From Bdellovibrionia bacterium (GTDB lineage Bacteria > Bdellovibrionota > UBA1018): a stretch of 11,183 nucleotides of DNA. Under the pieces are notes generated by a model. It worked only from the letters and a program-made list of their open reading frames with translations. It searched no databases and had not been told where the DNA came from. Every line of letters starts with the position of its first letter. Position 1 is the stretch's first letter. This document shows, in pieces, positions 1 to 4,733 of this stretch. The stretch is from contig JBJMMA010000081.1 of assembly GCA_045805065.1 (NCBI GenBank), positions 1 through 11,183 on the forward strand. The letters run 5' to 3'. A program made the position numbers and the translations under genes.

Positions 1-138
1 GTGGATGAGCATATCGCACGCGTTACGCTCGCCAACATTCGCGTGGGTGGCACTGCTTCAACGGGCCCATCCTTTGGATCGATCACGATCAATGATATCT
101 CGATCCAAGGCACGATCACCGCGATCTATCGTCATTGA
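1..138 (+). CDS. 3' end of a CDS running in from the left; possible DUF6160/FilA-like beta-rich pilus or surface protein (partial)
   Basis: Frame 1 is open from base 1 to TGA at 136-138: VDEHIARVTLANIRVGGTASTGPSFGSITINDISIQGTITAIYRH*. The ending (S-FGSI-I-DI-IQGT---IYRH) resembles, from memory, the DUF6160/FilA C-terminus (GS--I--L---GT---IYGH). Not in the supplied ORF track. Confidence 0.5.
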   Translation: MDEHIARVTLANIRVGGTASTGPSFGSITINDISIQGTITAIYRH

Positions 139-164
139 TTCACGATGATTTGAAGCGCAATCTG

Positions 165-186
165 GCGTTTGCTCGATAGCAAACGC
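165..186. other. Intergenic inverted repeat (9-bp stem, 4-nt loop)
   Basis: GCGTTTGCT (165-173) - CGAT - AGCAAACGC (178-186). No U-tract follows. Confidence 0.6.
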
Positions 187-204
187 GGCGGTCTGCAGAG
201 TGCA

Positions 205-229
205 TCTCCGTTTTTAAAAAAAACGGAGA
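205..229 (+). promoter_or_regulatory. 11-bp hairpin that includes the Shine-Dalgarno of the 239 CDS
   Basis: TCTCCGTTTTT (205-215) - AAA - AAAAACGGAGA (219-229). GGAGA at 225-229 lies 9 nt before ATG 239. Confidence 0.5.
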
Positions 230-238
230 CTATTATTT

Positions 239-562
239 ATGTACATGCAGATGAGAAAATTTCGCGTCAAATCAGGCAGCGCTGAACAGCTTTGTCGTCA
301 GGCTGCTGATCAGTTCTTACCGCTCGTCAAAAATGTTCGCGGCTTTGTGGACTACATGATCATCGACAATCATGACGGCCATGTCATGTCGATCAGCATT
401 TGCCAGGATCAAGCCGGTGTTCAGGAAGCTTATCAATTAGCGAAAGACTGGCACCGTCAGTATTCACAGCAACTTGAAGGACCGCTCGATGTGATTGAGG
501 GTGAAGTGATGGTGGATTCGAGCGGATTCTTGCAGCAGCAACAGCCAAGAATGGCTGCTTAA
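239..562 (+). CDS. Antibiotic biosynthesis monooxygenase (ABM)-like dimeric alpha/beta-barrel protein
   Basis: 107 aa. The pattern MY---RKFRVK-GS-EQL------FLPLVK-V-GF-DY-II------MSISI------QEA---A-DW...EGEV is typical of small ABM-fold proteins. SD GGAGA upstream. Confidence 0.75.
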   Translation: MYMQMRKFRVKSGSAEQLCRQAADQFLPLVKNVRGFVDYMIIDNHDGHVMSISICQDQAGVQEAYQLAKDWHRQYSQQLEGPLDVIEGEVMVDSSGFLQQQQPRMAA

Positions 563-590
563 CTTGCGCCATTGCTAAAAGTGCCTGTTG

Positions 591-663
591 AAAACAAAAA
601 AGGCCCGCTTCTTTGAAGATTTTCTCAGGGAGATAATCTCAGAAGCCGGGCCTTTGTTTTTTT
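591..663. terminator. Bidirectional intrinsic terminator between the convergent ABM gene and tRNA
   Basis: A-tract 591-601. AAAGGCCCG (599-607) pairs with CGGGCCTTT (647-655), inner pairings are CTTCT/AGAAG, AGATT/AATCT and TCTC/GAGA, and a T-tract runs 653-663. Confidence 0.75.
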
Positions 664-667
664 GAAA

Positions 668-743
668 TGGTGGGTTGTGTAGGGATCGAACCTACGACCC
701 AGAGATTAAGAGTCTCTTGCTCTACCAACTGAGCTAACAACCC
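668..743 (-). tRNA. tRNA-Lys, anticodon CTT
   Basis: Reverse complement GGGTTGTTAGCTCAGTTGGTAGAGCAAGAGACTCTTAATCTCTGGGTCGTAGGTTCGATCCCTACACAACCCACCA (76 nt): acceptor GGGTTGT/ACAACCC, D-arm GCTC/GAGC, anticodon arm AGAGA-CT CTT AA-TCTCT, T-loop GGTTCGATCC, encoded CCA. Confidence 0.98.
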
Positions 744-780
744 ATCCGAATCAACGTGGGGAGTCATTTAACAAACTCAT

Positions 781-809
781 TTCAGGAGTGCAAGCATCAG
801 ATTTATACT
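781..809 (+). promoter_or_regulatory. Putative sigma70 promoter giving a leaderless mRNA for the 816 CDS
   Basis: TTCAGG (781-786, weak -35) - 17 nt - TATACT (804-809), then 6 nt to ATG 816. No SD directly upstream of the ATG. Confidence 0.45.
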
Positions 810-815
810 AAAAGC

Positions 816-1628
816 ATGAATCGTCATTTTCTTTTGCCTCTAGCCGCCTCGACCGCTTTATTTGCAGCCTGCCCCATCACAACTCCCCAAGTTTGGGCGA
901 CTAGCTTCGTTTCCAGGCCCCTTCCTGAGACGACTCAAAAGACCCCGACGCTGGTTCGGGGCAAGATTGGCTCAAATTATTCCGACTGGGTAAAAACGCC
1001 AGAAGGGGGCCGGCGCATTTATACGTTCTATGAGCTTCAGGTCACTGAGGTCTTCAAGGGAGAACCCAAGCCGGGCTCTTCCATTCAGGTGCGTGAGATT
1101 GGAGGCGAAAAAGATGGGGTCGGGCTTCAAGTCGCAGGAGCTGCCCAGTTTAGCCCGGGTGAGGATGTTGTTTTAACGCTGGGAGAGAAAAACCCGGATG
1201 GAAGCTACGATCTTCGCGGTTTAATGACCGGAAAGTTTGACATTGGACGTGATCAGTCGGGCAATGAGATTCTCATCGGCGCAACCGGTGAGGAGATGGA
1301 GGGAGGCGTTTCTGAAAAAAGCGCCGATGATCACCATGGCCCATGGACTGTGAATGAGTTTCGAAAAATGGTCGCATCGCAATCTGGCGCCTCTCATTCT
1401 GAAGGGGTGGCGCAAGCCAGTTCTCGCGCTGAATCCACTTTGGCAACGCCAGCACCCTCTGTATCCCCGAGCGCAAGTCCCAGAGCAAGTTCAGGAGCGA
1501 GTTCCTTGCCGGCATCTCAATTGCAAACGAACCGCGACCAGGGGGCAGTCCATTACGGCTTAGCTGCAGTTCTCCTTATAGGATTGGGAGGATTGATGGT
1601 GGGCTGGAGGGCGCGAAAAAAGAAGTAA
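816..1628 (+). CDS. Exported, C-terminally membrane-anchored protein with an N-terminal TIMP/NTR-like OB-fold domain
   Basis: Start moved from GTG 756 to ATG 816, where a signal peptide begins (MNRHFLLPLAASTALFAACPITTPQVWA|TSF). The domain pattern LVRGKI...RIYTFYELQVTEVFKG...IQVREIGGEKDGVGLQVAGAAQFSPGEDVVL-L is the kind often fused or adjacent to bacterial matrixins. It is followed by a Ser/Pro/Ala linker, a TM helix YGLAAVLLIGLGGLMVGW and a basic tail RARKKK. The fold call is inference. Confidence 0.7.
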   Translation: MNRHFLLPLAASTALFAACPITTPQVWATSFVSRPLPETTQKTPTLVRGKIGSNYSDWVKTPEGGRRIYTFYELQVTEVFKGEPKPGSSIQVREIGGEKDGVGLQVAGAAQFSPGEDVVLTLGEKNPDGSYDLRGLMTGKFDIGRDQSGNEILIGATGEEMEGGVSEKSADDHHGPWTVNEFRKMVASQSGASHSEGVAQASSRAESTLATPAPSVSPSASPRASSGASSLPASQLQTNRDQGAVHYGLAAVLLIGLGGLMVGWRARKKK

Positions 1629-1684
1629 ACAGCGCGTCTTTACAATAACTCGGCGCCACCTCCTCGCCAAAGGAGCATCCAGGG

Positions 1685-3520
1685 ATGGGACGGCGCGAGA
1701 TTGCGATCAAAGGGTTAGGGATCGCGTACGCGGTCTCATTGCTTATAGGGCTTGCAGGTTCAGCTTGGGCATATACGCCAACCATTACGCCGGCAGGAAT
1801 TCCGGTTCGTTGGCCTGGCCAGGTGAAACTGCAATTTGCCGGAAATCCCATCAATCGCTCAGGCGTCAGTGATTCGGAATTTTATACAGCGGTTGTGCAT
1901 GGCCTTCAGCGTTGGAACTCCGCATCCTCGGGCAGCGTGGGCTTTGACTACTGGCAGGGAACCGATCCCGTTATCTATGATCCAAGCAGCGATTTTAACG
2001 GACTCTCAAGCATCTACTTTGCTTCGAATGCGAAGACTCCTGCCGGTCTTTCGCCTAACGTACTAGGGCTGACGCAAGTCTGGTATGATACGACGAACGG
2101 AAAAATCATTGAGACCGATATCGTCTTGAACGACAAGGACTTCCGCTTCACGGTCAATGAGGACGATACCTCGGGCTACGGCTCTTCGAGATCGGCGTCG
2201 TTTGAAAGCCGCAACCGTGTTTTCATCGAAAACGTGATCACGCATGAACTGGGTCATGCTCTCGGGCTTTCGCACAGCGGGGGCCTTCAATCGACGATGC
2301 TTTTCATGGAATCGCCGGAGCAGGCTCACTTGGGCTGTGATGATCAAACGGCGATCCACGCCCTTTACCCATCGGGTGACAACGATCAGCGCGGGAAAAT
2401 CGAAGGCGTTGTTCAGACGGAAAGTGGCGCGGGAGTTTTTGGCGCGCACGTGCTTGCGATTTCTCGCGAGCGCGGAACGGTGATGGCCACGGCAATGACG
2501 GCAAAAGATGGGCGCTATCATATCGATGCGCTGGAGCCGGGCACCTACTTTCTGATGCTTGAGCCTTTTTTCGCAGGCGCAGGACCGCTTCCCGTTTACT
2601 ACACCGACATCAATACGGCGGTCTGTCCGGGTGGCAAATCGTTTGGAAGATCAGCGCTCACCGACGTCTCTGGGTATCGCCTTGAGCCTGTCACCGTGAA
2701 CCCACACGGATCAGCAGGCGTGAGGCCTCTCGTTGCCCGCTGTACCGGATCGTCCGGAGCATCCATCAGCTCGATCACGAGTCTTTCGACAGGGCTCGGA
2801 GCGCCAGCTGTTTATGATGGCTCTCGCGAGCGGGGGGGCTTTGGTTTCACCGATAAACTCAGTGGTTCACTCTCTGGAAGCTATCCTCTTCACATGCTCT
2901 CAGGAGAGGTCGAGATCCATGCGCTTGCCTATAGTCTTTATTCCCCGGTGCACCCAACGCTTGAGCTTGTGGATGCGACAGGGATGCCTGTGAATGCCGA
3001 AGTTTACGATCGCGCCTATGAGAGCGATTCGTCTGGGTTCGTGAATTATGATTCTTATCTGCGTGTCAGAGGTCTTCCGCCGGGGGATTATTCACTCAGA
3101 GTGTATTCGAAAGCGCTCGATGCGAGTCTTTATCCTGCGGGGCCGGTTGCGCTGGATTCGCAGCCTTTCGTCGTGATCACAGGAAGCGTGGATGCCCCGG
3201 CACCCCGCCTGGTCAACTCACTTGCGGCCAATGTTCGCTGTCGCGCGACCGAGAGATTTGCCGAATACCAAAGTCCTCCGGGCCCGCCTGCCAGGCATTC
3301 CACAACGACCTCGGATCAGGGTGAGGGAGTCGGGTTTTGCGGAACGATTTCCAAGAATTCCCATGGTCCTAAAGATAAAGGGGGCCCCGGGGATGGCTCA
3401 GGACCTACCGGCGGCGCCATCGCGGGGTGGTTTTTGCCCTGGCTTTTGATGGGCGCCATGGCCCAAATGGCGAAGGTGGCGGCCCGACGGCTGGCGCGCC
3501 AGGGTCATGAAGCTTGCTAA
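1685..3520 (+). CDS. Secreted matrixin-family (M10-like metzincin) zinc metalloprotease with a carboxypeptidase-regulatory-like domain and C-terminal membrane anchor
   Basis: Signal peptide ending AWA|Y. Zinc motif HELGHALGLSH (2243-2275), Met-turn STM (2291-2299), upstream LGLT...IIETDIVLND. Then GKIEGVV...GAHVLA...T-KDGRYHIDALEPGTYFL (prealbumin-like/CarboxypepD_reg pattern), a PPC-like beta domain (LELVDATG...DSYL...LPPGDYSLRV), and GFCGTI-linker-TM-basic tail. SD AGGAG 1671-1675. Confidence 0.92.
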   Translation: MGRREIAIKGLGIAYAVSLLIGLAGSAWAYTPTITPAGIPVRWPGQVKLQFAGNPINRSGVSDSEFYTAVVHGLQRWNSASSGSVGFDYWQGTDPVIYDPSSDFNGLSSIYFASNAKTPAGLSPNVLGLTQVWYDTTNGKIIETDIVLNDKDFRFTVNEDDTSGYGSSRSASFESRNRVFIENVITHELGHALGLSHSGGLQSTMLFMESPEQAHLGCDDQTAIHALYPSGDNDQRGKIEGVVQTESGAGVFGAHVLAISRERGTVMATAMTAKDGRYHIDALEPGTYFLMLEPFFAGAGPLPVYYTDINTAVCPGGKSFGRSALTDVSGYRLEPVTVNPHGSAGVRPLVARCTGSSGASISSITSLSTGLGAPAVYDGSRERGGFGFTDKLSGSLSGSYPLHMLSGEVEIHALAYSLYSPVHPTLELVDATGMPVNAEVYDRAYESDSSGFVNYDSYLRVRGLPPGDYSLRVYSKALDASLYPAGPVALDSQPFVVITGSVDAPAPRLVNSLAANVRCRATERFAEYQSPPGPPARHSTTTSDQGEGVGFCGTISKNSHGPKDKGGPGDGSGPTGGAIAGWFLPWLLMGAMAQMAKVAARRLARQGHEAC

Positions 3521-3542
3521 TGATCTGAGCCAGGATTAGTCT
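3514..3542 (+). promoter_or_regulatory. Putative sigma70 promoter giving a leaderless mRNA for the 3550 CDS
   Basis: TTGCTA (3514-3519) - 17 nt - TAGTCT (3537-3542) - 7 nt - ATG 3550. Confidence 0.55.
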
Positions 3543-3549
3543 TGATAAT

Positions 3550-4080
3550 ATGAGACTATTCGCCACCACTGCCATCCTCCTGGCAAGCCTCGCTGCTTTT
3601 GCGGGTCAACAGGCTTTTGCGGAACTGAAGCCAGATCGCGTTCATCTTGCTCAAGGCCGAAAGATCGGCAATTACATCGCGGATGGACTTTTCAATGGCG
3701 GCGATCAAGCCATGAACGATGTGGTCGTCAAAGATATTCGCCGTGCCGTGAACCCTGGATTTGAGCGCGTGGTGATTGATCTTCAGGCAACGCGTGGGGG
3801 AGAGGATGCTGCCATTGCGCGCCCTCCTTATTACCAAGTTTCAGTGAATCCCGATGAGAACCGGATCGTTGTGACGATTTGGGGCAAGCCACGCCTGGAG
3901 TTCAACTCCAAGAAGGTGGTTGCTGAGATGAAGAAAAGCGCCATGATTCAATCCGTGGATCTTTTGCCGCCGATGGATGGCGATTCGTGGACCTTTGTTG
4001 CCAATCTCAAGACCAAGCGTCCTGTCGAGGTTTTTGAGCTCGCGAATCCAGTTCGCATCATTCTGGATATCAAAAGGTAA
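3550..4080 (+). CDS. Exported AMIN-like domain protein
   Basis: Signal peptide (MRLFATTAILLASLAAFAGQQAFA|E). AMIN-type motifs DIRRAVNPGFERVVIDL and C-terminal VFELANPVRIILDI. No amidase catalytic domain. Confidence 0.72.
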   Translation: MRLFATTAILLASLAAFAGQQAFAELKPDRVHLAQGRKIGNYIADGLFNGGDQAMNDVVVKDIRRAVNPGFERVVIDLQATRGGEDAAIARPPYYQVSVNPDENRIVVTIWGKPRLEFNSKKVVAEMKKSAMIQSVDLLPPMDGDSWTFVANLKTKRPVEVFELANPVRIILDIKR

Positions 4081-4113
4081 ATACCCCAGGTAAATTTCCC
4101 AGGTAAATTTCTA
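4075..4113 (+). repeat. Three tandem 13-bp direct repeats filling the intergenic gap
   Basis: AGGTAAATACCCC (4075-4087), AGGTAAATTTCCC (4088-4100), AGGTAAATTTCTA (4101-4113). Confidence 0.9.
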
Positions 4114-4637
4114 TGACTCGACTGTTGCCTGTTTTGATCTGCCTCACTCTTTTTGGTTGTGCGACAGGGATGGATGTTCAAAAGCAGCAGTACGCCAAGC
4201 TCAAGGACAGCCGGGTTTATGAGTATGAATTTCCGGCCGTTTGGAAGGGGATTGAGTCCACTTTCCGCAACTACAGCGTCGTGGATCGGGACCCTGCTGA
4301 AGTCGATCCTGTGGAGCTTAGGCGGCTCGCCAAGCGTACTCTTGAGACGGACTGGATTCAGACCCAGTCTCGGGACAAGTATGTTGAGTTCAAGGTAAAT
4401 GACATTCCTCAGAAGCGCTACCTTTGGACACGCATCAAGTACAAGGTCATCGCTGAGAGTTCGTTAGGTGGAACCCAAGTCACGGTGCATACCCAAGAAG
4501 AAGTAGAGCGTCTCAATCCAAACGGGACCACCGCGGGCTACGACAAGGTGAGCGAAATTGACTCGTCGCGTCCCAATGAGATCTTGGAAAAGATCCAGAT
4601 GGCAATTCTCTCTGCTCCGCCGGCAGCCGCTCCCTAA
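4113..4637 (+). CDS. Lipoprotein with a BamC/NlpB-like helix-grip domain
   Basis: Lipoprotein signal MTRLLPVLICLTLFG|C. Pattern RVYEYEFPAVWKGI------Y-VVDRD...LETDW...RIKYKV......TQVTV...E-LEKI resembles BamC-like domains. Orthology to true bamC is not established. Confidence 0.65.
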   Translation: MTRLLPVLICLTLFGCATGMDVQKQQYAKLKDSRVYEYEFPAVWKGIESTFRNYSVVDRDPAEVDPVELRRLAKRTLETDWIQTQSRDKYVEFKVNDIPQKRYLWTRIKYKVIAESSLGGTQVTVHTQEEVERLNPNGTTAGYDKVSEIDSSRPNEILEKIQMAILSAPPAAAP

Positions 4638-4647
4638 GTATTAGATC

Positions 4648-4667
4648 TTAAAGAATTAATTCTTTAA
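4648..4667. promoter_or_regulatory. Perfect 20-bp palindrome, candidate operator upstream of lon
   Basis: TTAAAGAATTAATTCTTTAA equals its own reverse complement and directly abuts the putative -35 at 4668. Confidence 0.55.
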
Positions 4668-4695
4668 CTTGCCAAACCCCTGTTCGTTCCCATAG
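4668..4695 (+). promoter_or_regulatory. Putative RpoH (sigma32) heat-shock promoter for lon
   Basis: CTTGCC (4668-4673) - 14 nt - TCCCATAG (4688-4695), compared with the consensus CTTGAA-N13-17-CCCCATNT. lon is a classic RpoH regulon member. Confidence 0.6.
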
Positions 4696-4733
4696 TTAAG
4701 CTCGGTCACGAGCTGACCAAGGGGTTTCGCTCC

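Noticed and set aside
139..238. Known riboswitch (c-di-GMP-I, fluoride etc.)
   Set aside because: I could not find their conserved nucleotides. It is kept only as an unclassified structured leader.
764..793. Sigma70 promoter for the tRNA (minus strand TTGCAC-N16/17-TTAAAT/TAAATG)
   Set aside because: The -35 is good but neither -10 candidate has the TAnnnT core, so it is too weak to list as a feature.
756..815. GTG 756 start given by the ORF track
   Set aside because: The signal peptide begins at ATG 816. The extra 20 codons cover the divergent tRNA/CDS promoter region only 12 nt from the tRNA.
861..872. FAAC as a lipobox in the 816 protein
   Set aside because: It is a non-canonical match, and a good SPase I site (VWA|T) directly precedes the conserved domain start. 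Lipidation cannot be fully excluded.
4075..4113. Mini CRISPR array or iteron set
   Set aside because: The units are 13 bp, directly adjacent with no spacers, and no cas or rep gene is present.
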